A stretch of DNA of 64,000 nt, taken from positions 27,217 to 91,216 of the forward strand of contig CAYMEV010000006.1 of NCBI GenBank assembly GCA_964389675.1, written 5' to 3'. Within the stretch, counting starts at the first letter, position 1. The number at the start of each line of letters is the position of its first letter. Origin of the DNA: an uncultured Candidatus Sumerlaeota bacterium. Lineage in GTDB: Bacteria > CAYMEV01. Below, piece by piece: positions 18,808 to 28,872 of the stretch. The notes under the pieces were generated by a model, which did not search any database, was not told where the DNA came from, and saw only the letters and a list, made by a program, of their open reading frames with translations. Position numbers and translations under genes: made by a program.

Positions 18808-19431
18808 ATGGGAAGAAACAAACAATACCGCGACAATTACATTGAATTCACAAAGAACCTTATACTTGAAAAAGCAGTCAGTGTCTTTCTGGAAAAATCT
18901 TTTTTCCTCTCTACAATTCATGACATCAGCTCTGCGGCTGAGGTCAGCATAAGCACGATTTACACCTATTTCAAGAATAAGGACAATATCCTGTCCGAGC
19001 TGTTTAAGAGAAAATGGGTCCCGCTAATGGCAAGCCTCAGGGAAAAGATCCAGCAGGTTCCTGATGACAAAGACCGGCTCTACAATGTCTTTAAGGCATG
19101 TATAGAAAATATTGATATCGAGCAGGATGCTGTCATGGTTCTTTTCCTTCATTCAAGGGTCATGGGGCATTTGAATGAATACAACTACATAAATCCCCTG
19201 AATGACCTTTTCTCTCTTGTGGAGAAAGTAATTGAAGAAGAAAAGCAAAAGGGCAGGGTTTCAAAGAAATTTGATACATCTGCAATAAGATCGGTTTTTA
19301 CATCTGTCATTGATGGAGCAGTCTATTACACTTATCTTTCAAAGCAGAAAATAATCAAGGATAACCTGCATGAGAATTATAAGAAAAAGTTCCTTTCAAT
19401 TGCAAAAAATATGATTCCCAGTCTTCAATAA
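18808..19431 (+). CDS. TetR/AcrR family transcriptional regulator
   Basis: N-terminal HTH (FLSTIHDISSAAEVSISTIYTYFKNKDNIL) and an approximately 200-aa helical body. Confidence 0.8.
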   Translation: MGRNKQYRDNYIEFTKNLILEKAVSVFLEKSFFLSTIHDISSAAEVSISTIYTYFKNKDNILSELFKRKWVPLMASLREKIQQVPDDKDRLYNVFKACIENIDIEQDAVMVLFLHSRVMGHLNEYNYINPLNDLFSLVEKVIEEEKQKGRVSKKFDTSAIRSVFTSVIDGAVYYTYLSKQKIIKDNLHENYKKKFLSIAKNMIPSLQ

Positions 19432-19517
19432 TAAGGCAGCTCAGTTAGAAAAATCTATTGCTTTTTTATAATTCTTAAATATTATACTTCCTAAACTTTC
19501 TTAGGAGGTATGCATAA

Positions 19518-20168
19518 GTGGAAATTTTTCTGGACACTGCAAATATTGAGGAGATTAAAAAGGCAATTGACTGGGGCCTTTGCGATGGAGTCACTACGAA
19601 TCCATCCCTGGTCTCAAAGGAAAAAACTTCTTATAAGGATCATATTGCAAAGATAGCTGATCTTGTAGATGGGCCAGTAAGTGCAGAGGTTATATCGACA
19701 GATTATGATAATATTATCAAGGAAGCACATTCTCTTGCAAGCATAGCAAAGAATATAGTTATTAAGATCCCTATTAATACAAACGGCCTTAAAGCAATGA
19801 AAACTCTCAGCAGTGAAGGGATTAGCGTAAACACAACTCTTGTTTTCAATACTTTCCAGGCACTTTTCGCTGCAAAAGCGGGCAGTGATTATGTAAGCCC
19901 ATTTATTGGGAGGCTTGACGATATTGGAGAGAACGGCCTTGATATAGTAAGCCAGATTCTTACTGTTTTTCAGAACTATAGCATTGATACAAGGGTCATA
20001 GTGGCAAGTGTCAGACATCCAGTACATGTTCTCGAATCTGCTCTTCTCGGGGCGGATATTGTAACACTGCCTTTTGGAGTACTTGAAAAGCTGATTAAAC
20101 ACCCTCTTACAGATATCGGCCTTGAGAGATTCATTTCTGATTCGAAAAAGATCGATATTAAATTCTAA
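19518..20168 (+). CDS. Transaldolase / fructose-6-phosphate aldolase (short, type 3B)
   Basis: MEIFLDTANIEEIKKAIDWGLCDGVTTNPSL matches the FSA/TalC N-terminus. The Schiff-base lysine is in the VIKIPIN context. About 216 aa. Confidence 0.85.
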   Translation: MEIFLDTANIEEIKKAIDWGLCDGVTTNPSLVSKEKTSYKDHIAKIADLVDGPVSAEVISTDYDNIIKEAHSLASIAKNIVIKIPINTNGLKAMKTLSSEGISVNTTLVFNTFQALFAAKAGSDYVSPFIGRLDDIGENGLDIVSQILTVFQNYSIDTRVIVASVRHPVHVLESALLGADIVTLPFGVLEKLIKHPLTDIGLERFISDSKKIDIKF

Positions 20169-20174
20169 AAAGCT

Positions 20175-21650
20175 ATGAAAAAAATAAAAATATTAACATT
20201 AATATTGGTTCCATTAATTGTCCTGATAGGATGCTCTTCCAGAAAAGACCTGGTTGAAAGGTTTCCGGCAAAATTCAAAGGCTTCTATAAACTCACCAAG
20301 TATGTGCTTACACCTGAAGAATTTGATGAATTCTTAGCTCTTCCGGAACCTGAACAGGAGCAATATATACTTGATTTCTGGGAAAAGACTAACCCATTCC
20401 CCGATACACTGAACAATGAATTCAGGGATCTTCTTATCGAACGTACAAAAGAAGCTGATGAAAAATTCAAGTTTGCCAAAACGATGGGATCAGATACGGA
20501 CAGAGGCAGGATATACGTAATGTATGGACCGCCTGATGACATTGAAACAAGGGATTATGACAAGGAATATGATGATGATATAAGCGAGATGAGTACGAGG
20601 AGAGAAACTGACGCTGATATAGCAGGCGATTACAGGAAACAGAAGAATTACGAATACTGGACCTATGAGAATACATTTGGACTGAAGCCAAACACAGTAA
20701 TTACATTTGTAGATGATTATTCCTCAAACCAGTACAAGCTACTGTCAAATCTTCTGACCTACCAGGATAAGAACATCCCGAATCCTCTACGCCTGTACCT
20801 CTCTGAAGAGGGAAAGGCATTGTACCAGCAAAACTATGCTGCAAAAGATACCTCCCTGATTCAGAAAATAGACGAAAAGAGGCCTATAGCCATAAATCTT
20901 GATTACATTGCCTATCCCCTGAGCAAAGGCCAGATTGACCTTATGGTGCTGATTTATCTTCCATTGAAAAATCTTGTTTTCATAGAGAACGATTTAGGCC
21001 AATCAAGCTCAATAGTGGAAGTGGAGGCAAATTTCAAGGAAAAAGGCAATATGTACAGCAGGACATATACAGAGGAGATCACCGTCAAGCAAAAATCCCT
21101 TATGAAATATGCTTCAAGCGGGTCATATCTTATGGTTATCGGCTTTATGATACCTATGGATACATATTCAGTCAGCATAAAGATCAAGGACCTGAGAAGC
21201 GGAAGCGAGGGATCATCAACCGTTAACATAATCCCAATAACCGCTATAAGAGCTGATAAAATCAATATGTTCTGCAGCAAGATCCTGCTATCATCTGAAA
21301 ATGAAGAAAGAATATTTGCAAAAAAGGACAATAAGCTTCTCCTTGACGGGAAAGCCTTTAGACCTGTTTTTGGAAGCGTATACTCAAAAACTGACCAGCT
21401 GTACCTGTATATGACTGCATTTATGGACTGCAGCAACCCACCTGACAGCCTTGATATTACAATTCAGCTTCTGTCAAGTGAAACAGGAAATGAATTATCT
21501 GCTGTCAGCTATAAAGCAGGCATAACAAATAATAAGCTTGTGGTGAGCAGATCATTGGATGTTTCAGGGATTACCACAGGTCAATATGAGATTAGAATAC
21601 TGCATGGTAATGAAATTCTTCAGAGCAGGAATTTTTACTTTCTAAGATAA
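20175..21650 (+). CDS. GWxTD-domain lipoprotein
   Basis: Lipobox LIGCSS after the signal peptide. GWxTD-like core KTMGSDTDRGRIYVMYGPPDDIE and a downstream YEYWTYEN motif. Confidence 0.55.
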   Translation: MKKIKILTLILVPLIVLIGCSSRKDLVERFPAKFKGFYKLTKYVLTPEEFDEFLALPEPEQEQYILDFWEKTNPFPDTLNNEFRDLLIERTKEADEKFKFAKTMGSDTDRGRIYVMYGPPDDIETRDYDKEYDDDISEMSTRRETDADIAGDYRKQKNYEYWTYENTFGLKPNTVITFVDDYSSNQYKLLSNLLTYQDKNIPNPLRLYLSEEGKALYQQNYAAKDTSLIQKIDEKRPIAINLDYIAYPLSKGQIDLMVLIYLPLKNLVFIENDLGQSSSIVEVEANFKEKGNMYSRTYTEEITVKQKSLMKYASSGSYLMVIGFMIPMDTYSVSIKIKDLRSGSEGSSTVNIIPITAIRADKINMFCSKILLSSENEERIFAKKDNKLLLDGKAFRPVFGSVYSKTDQLYLYMTAFMDCSNPPDSLDITIQLLSSETGNELSAVSYKAGITNNKLVVSRSLDVSGITTGQYEIRILHGNEILQSRNFYFLR

Positions 21651-21675
21651 TTAATTACTGAAAAGGAGTTTTCCT

Positions 21676-23349
21676 ATGTCGAATTATGATATTGAAAAGA
21701 TAAATTCCCAGAAAAGCAAATGGGAAGAGAAGGAAATAAAGAAGGTGCTCGAAAGATTTGGTGAGAGGAAAAAAGAGTTTATCCTTGATTCAGAAATCCC
21801 TGTTGACAGGCTTTATACACCAGCTGATACAGAAAATCTTGATTATACCAATGAGCTCGGGTTCCCGGGCCAGTTTCCATTTACCAGGGGAGTACAGGCA
21901 ACAATGTACAGAAGCAGGTACTGGACCATGAGACAATACGCCGGATTCGGAACAGCGCAGGAGACCAACGAACGGTTCCGCTATCTTCTTGAACAGGGAC
22001 AGACAGGCTTATCAACTGCTTTTGACCTCCCTACTCAGATTGGCCTGGATTCAGACGATAACTTATCATCAGGGGAAGTCGGCAAGGTAGGAGTTGCAAT
22101 TGATACTATAAAGGATATGGAAATCCTTTTCGATAAAATACCCCTTGACAAGGTATCAACCTCAATGACCATAAATGCTTCCGCTATAGTGCTTCTTGCA
22201 ATGTATGTAGCTGTAGCTGAAAACAGGAATATTGACATTTCACTTCTTTCAGGAACAATTCAGAATGATATACTGAAGGAATATTTTGCGAGGGGAACTT
22301 ACATATTTCCCCCAAAACCATCCATGAGGCTTATAACAAATATATTCTCCTATGCAAGCAAGCACCTTCCCAAATTTAATACAATAAGCATTAGCGGATA
22401 TCATATAAGGGAAGCAGGATCAACAGCATCAGAAGAAGTAGCTTTCACTCTCTGCGATGCCATAGAATATGTCAACTCTGCATTGGCTGCTGGCTTAGAT
22501 GTTGATGTATTTGCACCCCGGCTTTCATTCTTCTTTAATGTCCATAATAATTTCTTCGAAGAAATTGCAAAATTCAGGTCCGCCAGAAGGATATGGGCAA
22601 GGATAATGAAGGAAAAATTCAATGCTAAAAATCCAAAGTCCATGATGCTCAGGTTTCATAGCCAGACAGCCGGAAGCACTCTTACAGCTCAGCAGCCCAT
22701 GAACAATATAGTAAGGGTTGCCCTCCAGGCCCTTTCATCAGTTCTGGGAGGAACCCAATCCCTGCATACCAATTCTTTCGACGAAGCCCTTGCACTTCCT
22801 ACGGAAGAATCAGTCATGATAGCCTTGAGAACTCAGCAGATAATTGCTAATGAGTCAGGTATTGCAGATACAGTTGACCCTCTTGCGGGCAGCTATTTTA
22901 TTGAAAGCCTGACAGCCAGCCTTGAAGAAAAGATAATTGAAATAATGAATGAAATAGATAAAATGGGTGGAATGCTGAAAGCCATTGAAGAGGGATATGT
23001 GCAGAAAAGAATAGAGGCATCTGCCTATAGATACCAGCAGGATATAGAAAAAGACAAAAAGATAATTGTCGGGCTGAATAAATTCACAAAAGATGAGGAG
23101 CTAAAGCTCAACCTTCAGAAAATTTCTGAAGAAGTAGAGGCAAATCAGGTTGCAAAACTTAAAGAAATAAAAACAAACCGAAATAATGAGGCAGTCAGGA
23201 AGCATTTAGAGATAATCAAAAAAAGTGCCGAAGGTGATGAAAACCTTTTTGAGCCTATTATGAACGCAGTAAAGGATTATACCAGCCTTGGAGAAATAAT
23301 AAACACATTAAAAAGCGTCTTTGGTGAATTTAGAGAATCATACTCATAG
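21676..23349 (+). CDS. Methylmalonyl-CoA mutase family protein, catalytic (TIM-barrel) chain without a B12-binding domain
   Basis: ELGFPGQFPFTRGVQATMYRSRYWTMRQYAGFGTAQETNERFRYLLEQGQTGLSTAFDLPTQ is the conserved MCM N-terminal substrate-binding region. The protein stops before the usual C-terminal cobalamin domain. Confidence 0.85.
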   Translation: MSNYDIEKINSQKSKWEEKEIKKVLERFGERKKEFILDSEIPVDRLYTPADTENLDYTNELGFPGQFPFTRGVQATMYRSRYWTMRQYAGFGTAQETNERFRYLLEQGQTGLSTAFDLPTQIGLDSDDNLSSGEVGKVGVAIDTIKDMEILFDKIPLDKVSTSMTINASAIVLLAMYVAVAENRNIDISLLSGTIQNDILKEYFARGTYIFPPKPSMRLITNIFSYASKHLPKFNTISISGYHIREAGSTASEEVAFTLCDAIEYVNSALAAGLDVDVFAPRLSFFFNVHNNFFEEIAKFRSARRIWARIMKEKFNAKNPKSMMLRFHSQTAGSTLTAQQPMNNIVRVALQALSSVLGGTQSLHTNSFDEALALPTEESVMIALRTQQIIANESGIADTVDPLAGSYFIESLTASLEEKIIEIMNEIDKMGGMLKAIEEGYVQKRIEASAYRYQQDIEKDKKIIVGLNKFTKDEELKLNLQKISEEVEANQVAKLKEIKTNRNNEAVRKHLEIIKKSAEGDENLFEPIMNAVKDYTSLGEIINTLKSVFGEFRESYS

Positions 23350-23365
23350 GAGAGGACTGATTATT

Positions 23366-23701
23366 ATGGAAAACAATATTGAATATGCTGATTTTGCAAA
23401 AATCGATCTAAAGGTAGGCCAGGTAATTGAAGCCGAAGATGTCCCTGAAACAGATAAGCTGATAAGGATGAAAGTTGATCTTGGCAATGAGACAAGGCAG
23501 ATAGTTGCAGGAATTAAAGGAAGTTATATGCCTGAAGACCTGCTGAATAAAAAGATTGCTGTTGTATATAACCTCAAACCCAGAACAATAAGGGGGCTAT
23601 TAAGTGAAGGCATGCTTCTTGCGGCATCCACAGCTGACCATGGTGTTATTTCTGTCCTTACAGTTGACAAGGATATTCCAAACGGATCTCATATAAAATG
23701 A
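23366..23701 (+). CDS. CsaA/Myf-type tRNA-binding domain protein
   Basis: FAKIDLKVGQVIEAEDVPETDKLIRMKVDLG...IVAGIK...YNLKPRTIRGLLSEGMLLAAS matches the tRNA_bind (EMAP/MetRS C-terminal-like) fold. I chose the start at MENNIEY, with a GGAGAGG RBS. Confidence 0.7.
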   Translation: MENNIEYADFAKIDLKVGQVIEAEDVPETDKLIRMKVDLGNETRQIVAGIKGSYMPEDLLNKKIAVVYNLKPRTIRGLLSEGMLLAASTADHGVISVLTVDKDIPNGSHIK

Positions 23702-23708
23702 TGTAGAA

Positions 23709-23745
23709 CAGGTTGCAGCTTAAGGGCTGCAGCCTGTTATTCCCG
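23709..23745 (+). terminator. Putative intrinsic terminator hairpin (CAGGUUGCAGC-loop-GCUGCAGCCUG) followed by a U-containing tail
   Basis: 11-bp stem with one mismatch directly after the CsaA-like stop. Read by eye. Confidence 0.35.
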
Positions 23746-23765
23746 GATATATCAGGAAACAGGAA

Positions 23766-25418
23766 ATGATAGAAGATTCTCCCCTTATAATACAAAGTGA
23801 TGGAACATTTCTTTTGTTCGTCGAACACCCTCTTTATGAGGAAATAAGAGATGAACTTGCTTCTTTTGCTGAATTAATAAAAAGCCCTGAACATATACAC
23901 ACTTATAGAATTACAAACATCAGCCTATGGAATGCTGCATCCATTAATAAAGACCACAGGGATATAATAGCTTTCCTCAATAAGTACTCCAAATATTCAC
24001 TGCCTCAGAATATAATTAAGATGATAAGGGAGACCATCACTAAATATGGTATTTTTTACCTCTCTGGCTCGCCCCTGGAGACAACCTTATGTGCCAGGCC
24101 TGGTAAAAAAGAACTGCTTGGGAGGGTCATCTCCAATAAGGATATATCTGCACTTGTATCACTGAAGAGAGGGAAGATCATTGTTAATCCCTATAAAAGA
24201 GGAATCCTGAAGCAGAAACTGATTGAGCTCGGCTATCCCGTTGATGACAGGGCAGGCTATATTGACGGAGACCCTTTGCCCATAAAGCTAAAATATGGGT
24301 CAAGCTTCAGCTTAAGACCTTATCAGAAAGAAGCCGCAGATATTTTCTTTGGAAAAAATAACCGGGGAGGGAGCGGCGTGATATGCCTGCCCTGCGGAAG
24401 CGGAAAAACAATAGTAGGTTTGAGGATAATGGAGCTGCTGAGCACAAAAACACTTATCCTTGTAGCAAATATAATTGCTGCAAGGCAATGGGTTACAGAG
24501 CTTGGAGAAAAAAGCTTTGTAAATCCTGATGATATAGGTGAATTTTCAGGAGAAAAAAAAGAGATAAGGCCGATCACCATTGCAACCTATCAAATATTAA
24601 CCTACAGAAAGGACAAAAACTCCCCATTTATCCATTTCGACCTGTTCTCAAAACAGAACTGGGGCCTGATTATATATGATGAAGTGCATCTTCTCCCGGC
24701 GCCGGTATTTCAGATTACAGCTCTTGTCCAAGCCAAAAGGCGCCTCGGGCTTACTGCCACTTTAGTAAGGGAAGACGGCAAGGAAAAGGATGTATTTTCA
24801 CTGATAGGCCCCAAAAAATACGATGTTCCCTGGAAAACTCTTGAAAAGATAAAATTTATAGCAAAGGCGGTCTGCTATGAGATCAGGATCGAACTTCCGG
24901 AAGAACTGAATCTGGATTATCTTACCTCGACAAAAAGGCAGGCTTTCAGGATAGCTTCTGAAAACCCTGAAAAGATAAAATATATCAGGAAACTGCTTGA
25001 TAAATATAAAAGCTCGAAAATCATTATTATTGGCCAGTATATAAACCAGCTCAATAAAATACAGCAGATATTCAATATACCATTAATCAAGGGGAGTACT
25101 CCAAATCGAGAGAGAGAGGAAATATACAACAGTTTCAGAAAGGGGGAGTTTAACAGGCTGATACTGTCGAAGGTAGGAAATGTAGCTGTTGATATTCCCG
25201 ATGCAAATGTACTGATACAGGTTTCCGGCAGTTTTGGCTCCAGACAGGAGGAAGCACAGAGGCTTGGAAGAATACTAAGACCAAAAGACAATGAAGCAAT
25301 ATTTTTCTCTCTTGTCTCCAAAGGGACCCATGAGCAGGATTTTGCACTCAACAGGCAGATATTCCTCGCTGAACAGGGCTACTCCTATCAGATATTAGAC
25401 GGAATCCACTTTCTTTAA
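23766..25418 (+). CDS. XPB/Ssl2 (ERCC3/RAD25)-type superfamily-2 DNA helicase
   Basis: N-terminal XPB damage-recognition-like region. Helicase motif I GVICLPCGSGKT, motif II DEVH, and a C-terminal RecA-like domain with QVSGSFGSRQEEAQRLGRILR. Confidence 0.75.
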   Translation: MIEDSPLIIQSDGTFLLFVEHPLYEEIRDELASFAELIKSPEHIHTYRITNISLWNAASINKDHRDIIAFLNKYSKYSLPQNIIKMIRETITKYGIFYLSGSPLETTLCARPGKKELLGRVISNKDISALVSLKRGKIIVNPYKRGILKQKLIELGYPVDDRAGYIDGDPLPIKLKYGSSFSLRPYQKEAADIFFGKNNRGGSGVICLPCGSGKTIVGLRIMELLSTKTLILVANIIAARQWVTELGEKSFVNPDDIGEFSGEKKEIRPITIATYQILTYRKDKNSPFIHFDLFSKQNWGLIIYDEVHLLPAPVFQITALVQAKRRLGLTATLVREDGKEKDVFSLIGPKKYDVPWKTLEKIKFIAKAVCYEIRIELPEELNLDYLTSTKRQAFRIASENPEKIKYIRKLLDKYKSSKIIIIGQYINQLNKIQQIFNIPLIKGSTPNREREEIYNSFRKGEFNRLILSKVGNVAVDIPDANVLIQVSGSFGSRQEEAQRLGRILRPKDNEAIFFSLVSKGTHEQDFALNRQIFLAEQGYSYQILDGIHFL

Positions 25419-25422
25419 ACAG

Positions 25423-27858
25423 TTAATCTGATAAAGGCTCTTTTTCCCCTTCTGCCCTGTATCCCTCAAAAACCATTCCCATTTGATGCAATGTCATCTT
25501 CATACTGTTTTTTTCCTGGTCCTTAGTAAATACTACCTTTATTACAACTGCATCTGAAAAGAACTCAGTATCTGATCTGGGAAATATCTCCAACCTGGGC
25601 TGGCCTGAAATCTGGATAAAAAGGCTTTGGTCTTCCTCAAATACTGTAATGGTAAAAACAGAGAAATCATATTCCCCGATATAATCTTTATAAACGGATT
25701 TATCTATATCCGCTATAATATTGTCAGTAATCTTTACTGCTTTTATTTCCCTTCCGCCCTGCTTGTGAACAGCATGGGTCACATTGCCTTCTTCATCACA
25801 TATAAATCTTATCTGAGCATCCACAACCTTCCAGAAAAATTCATTATCCGCCTTCGGAAAGATCTCAAATTCGTTCTGGAAAGCAAGCTTGGCAAACATC
25901 TGATCTCCTTCCCTTCTTACCTTCATTACAATCCCGCTGTAATTATAACTACCGGTATAAATATCCCAGTTTTCAGTAGAGATATTCTGAGCTGTCCTGT
26001 ATGATTCCTGCTCAGACATATCTTCCCAGAGATACATTTCCACTGCAGTCTCTGCCAGTTCTCCTGCCGACATACCCTCTCCCGAAGGAATACAGTTCTG
26101 CAGTACAGCTACTGTTGCATTCAGATCAGTGTATCTTCTTAAATCTGTGTTAAATCCATGCAGCCCCCCGCCGTGAGAGATCTCTTTCAAGCCTCTCTTT
26201 TCTGAGATAATCCACCCGTACCCGTATTTAAAAGGATTCTCCACCATACTTCCATCATTCAGTGTAACAGGGGTAAAAGCCATATCAAGGCTTTGTCCGG
26301 AAAGCAGTTTTTTGTTAAAGACAGCCTCATTCCATAAATAGAGGTCATATGCTGTTGAATACAGGGCTCCTGCCCCGCCTGCCCATGACATATCCCAATT
26401 GACAGCCTTCCTGAAAATGCCGTTTTCATATGAAAAACCGTAGGCCTCATTTTTTATGATATCCCTGCTGTTATGGATTCCTGTATCATTCATGCCCAGG
26501 GGAATAAAAAATATTTCTTTGAGATACTCTCCAAGCGGCTTTTCTGTGACCTGCTCGAGTATATATCCCAGTATTACATAGCCAGAGTTATTGTAAAGCC
26601 AGCCATCACCGGGATCAAAATTATATTCATCATCCCATATAAAATTAATAATATCTATTGTATCTACTTCAGAAGTCAGCTTTTCCATAAACTCCTGCTT
26701 GTTGGTATAACTCTGAATACCTGATGTATGCGTCAGAAGATGGTGGATCGTAACCTCATCACCTCTTGGAAAACCAGGAATAAAATCTGCGAGCTTATCA
26801 TCAAGGCTTATCTTTCCCTCTTCGATCATTCTCAATATTGCTGATGATACGAACTGCTTTGTCACTGAGCCGATCCTTGATTTGGTATTGTTTGTGAAAG
26901 GGACATTGTTTCCAATATCAGCATTTCCATAGCTTTTATGATAGATAATTTTGCCATCCCTTGAAAATAATATGGATGCACCGGGTGTATCTTCATTAAA
27001 AATAAGATTATAACAGGTATCAAGTACCTCTTCTGCCTCAGGCATTGGCAGCGATTCATCAGCGCCCTTCTCAATCAGATAGTCGCAGGTCTCTGTCCTT
27101 CCCCCTATTTTTGCCCTGTGAAGCGCTGTAAGCCCAAGAGCATCAGTAGAATTGATATCAGCGCCCGCAGATAAAAGAAGGTCTATGTCATCAAGATTCC
27201 CCTGGTAGGCGGCTCTTACAAACCTTTCATTTATTGACTGATCATCCAGGATCCTGGCATAAAACCCCCAGTCCTCCCTGGAATTCTGTATCTTTATTAG
27301 AATATGATTTTCACCCTCATTGAGCTTTACAGGAATAAGATCATTATCCCTTTGAGCTTTCTGCTCGGTAAATGACTCAAACACCGGTTCCTGGTTTATA
27401 TAAACCTCTGCGCCGTCATCGGTGCCAATCCCCATTATTACATCAGCATCTTCAGATGAGTATACCATGACATATGCATATGCGACAGCGTAACTGCTTT
27501 CACCCAGGGCTTCATTTAAATCCACAAAATCTGTTGATGATTCATATTTCTTCCACATATATCCCTTATCGGCGATCTTTATTTCAGTGCCCTTCCTGAT
27601 TGCGGATATAATCGAATTGCTGTCCTCTTTTATATAGCCTTTAATAAGCGCTTCCTTTGCATGGCTATCGGATTTCACATCCTCATCGCCTTCATGGTAT
27701 ATTATCGGACCCAGCACATACCATGACCTTAGAAATGCTCTTGGCTTGACATCGACTGCCTGTAAGCCGGTTTCCTGTCCAAAGATCAGCATTCCTGATC
27801 CGGACAGCCATATTAACACAACTATAATTGCTGTTAATACTGCTATTTTTGCACTCAT
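25423..27858 (-). CDS. Secreted beta-lactamase-fold serine hydrolase with ankyrin repeats and extra N- and C-terminal domains
   Basis: Signal peptide. Ankyrin repeats (GNLDDIDLLLSAGADINSTDALGLTALHRA...). Beta-lactamase/PBP-like S-x-x-K (SVTKQF) with surrounding FSRDGKIIYHKSYG. Confidence 0.6.
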   Translation of the reverse strand: MSAKIAVLTAIIVVLIWLSGSGMLIFGQETGLQAVDVKPRAFLRSWYVLGPIIYHEGDEDVKSDSHAKEALIKGYIKEDSNSIISAIRKGTEIKIADKGYMWKKYESSTDFVDLNEALGESSYAVAYAYVMVYSSEDADVIMGIGTDDGAEVYINQEPVFESFTEQKAQRDNDLIPVKLNEGENHILIKIQNSREDWGFYARILDDQSINERFVRAAYQGNLDDIDLLLSAGADINSTDALGLTALHRAKIGGRTETCDYLIEKGADESLPMPEAEEVLDTCYNLIFNEDTPGASILFSRDGKIIYHKSYGNADIGNNVPFTNNTKSRIGSVTKQFVSSAILRMIEEGKISLDDKLADFIPGFPRGDEVTIHHLLTHTSGIQSYTNKQEFMEKLTSEVDTIDIINFIWDDEYNFDPGDGWLYNNSGYVILGYILEQVTEKPLGEYLKEIFFIPLGMNDTGIHNSRDIIKNEAYGFSYENGIFRKAVNWDMSWAGGAGALYSTAYDLYLWNEAVFNKKLLSGQSLDMAFTPVTLNDGSMVENPFKYGYGWIISEKRGLKEISHGGGLHGFNTDLRRYTDLNATVAVLQNCIPSGEGMSAGELAETAVEMYLWEDMSEQESYRTAQNISTENWDIYTGSYNYSGIVMKVRREGDQMFAKLAFQNEFEIFPKADNEFFWKVVDAQIRFICDEEGNVTHAVHKQGGREIKAVKITDNIIADIDKSVYKDYIGEYDFSVFTITVFEEDQSLFIQISGQPRLEIFPRSDTEFFSDAVVIKVVFTKDQEKNSMKMTLHQMGMVFEGYRAEGEKEPLSD

Positions 27859-27907
27859 AAAATATCCCCCTTATAAAAATCCTGTATTAAAGGTCTATTT
27901 GACACAG

Positions 27908-28849
27908 TTAGATCTGTTCTGTATTGACCCCCTTATTCTTAAGTAGCTCAATAACCCCTTTTTCACCGATCAGGTGAAGTGAACCAACCACTATAAAATA
28001 CGTTTTTTCATCATTGAAATATTCAATTATTTTCTCGGCCATTTCAATATTTCTCTCATCATTCAGTTTTTCATAAAATTTTTCCAGCTTCGGCTGTTTT
28101 TCAATCGCGTCGAACAGGTACTTAAATAGGCTCTCTGAATCTCCGCTCTTCCAGCTCTTAATTATCTCCTCCATCTGTGTTTTCATGGTATCAAGCTCAA
28201 GGAATGAATCCACAAGGAACATCTCCTGAAGTTCTTCTGGAAAAGAATCAAAAAGCCTGAGCTGATACTCGATCCCCTCAAGCTCCATAATCTCCATTTT
28301 TTTCTCCTGAGATTTTTTTACAAAGTGCATCTCAATTCCCAGATAGGGCGAAAAACCCATCTTTACCATTTCAAGAGGCAATATTGAAATAGCAAGAAAC
28401 CATGGTTTAAAATTCTGAAAAAGGCTTATATCGTATCCCTTTTCCTTCATCTTATCCCTGATCATTTCATAATTCTCAGCTGAAATACTATCCTTGATTG
28501 TTCTTCCATCCTTATAATAGGCTATCTCCTTTATCAGGTCCATAACAGCCTTATCACTGCCTTTTGTGATATCTGCCTCCAGCACCAGTATATCAGATTT
28601 TTCAAAAGAATCCTCAATAGCATCATCAAGAGGATATAATTCCTGCGTTCCAAGGTGTATTGAACCAAGTATATAATTGGTTTTTCCATTGTACTCCAGT
28701 TCCCACATGAATGTAGAAGGTTTCTTCTCCTCAATGATATCAGGATTGGTCTCCTTTTCAGCTTCCTGAACTATAATATTATTATTGCTGTTGCAACCGA
28801 ACAGAACTGTAAAAATAATAAGACAAAGCAAAAATCTGTAAATTCTCAT
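27908..28849 (-). CDS. TraB/GumN family lipoprotein
   Basis: Lipobox LFGCNS. MWELEYNGKTNYILGSIHLGT matches the TraB/GumN N-terminal motif. Confidence 0.7.
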   Translation of the reverse strand: MRIYRFLLCLIIFTVLFGCNSNNNIIVQEAEKETNPDIIEEKKPSTFMWELEYNGKTNYILGSIHLGTQELYPLDDAIEDSFEKSDILVLEADITKGSDKAVMDLIKEIAYYKDGRTIKDSISAENYEMIRDKMKEKGYDISLFQNFKPWFLAISILPLEMVKMGFSPYLGIEMHFVKKSQEKKMEIMELEGIEYQLRLFDSFPEELQEMFLVDSFLELDTMKTQMEEIIKSWKSGDSESLFKYLFDAIEKQPKLEKFYEKLNDERNIEMAEKIIEYFNDEKTYFIVVGSLHLIGEKGVIELLKNKGVNTEQI

Positions 28850-28872
28850 AATTAAATATTCTCCCTCCTATA

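Noticed and set aside
19614-20102. 162-aa antisense ORF inside the transaldolase gene, and similar antisense ORFs such as 112..489, 16227..16565, 31574..32113 and 61825..62250
   Set aside because: Each is fully embedded in a longer, motif-supported gene on the opposite strand. The low-GC genome generates long spurious antisense frames.
21676-23349. Reading the MCM-like gene as a truncated pseudogene
   Set aside because: The ORF is intact over the whole catalytic domain and has a clean stop followed by an RBS-led gene. A split-subunit mutase is the simpler explanation.
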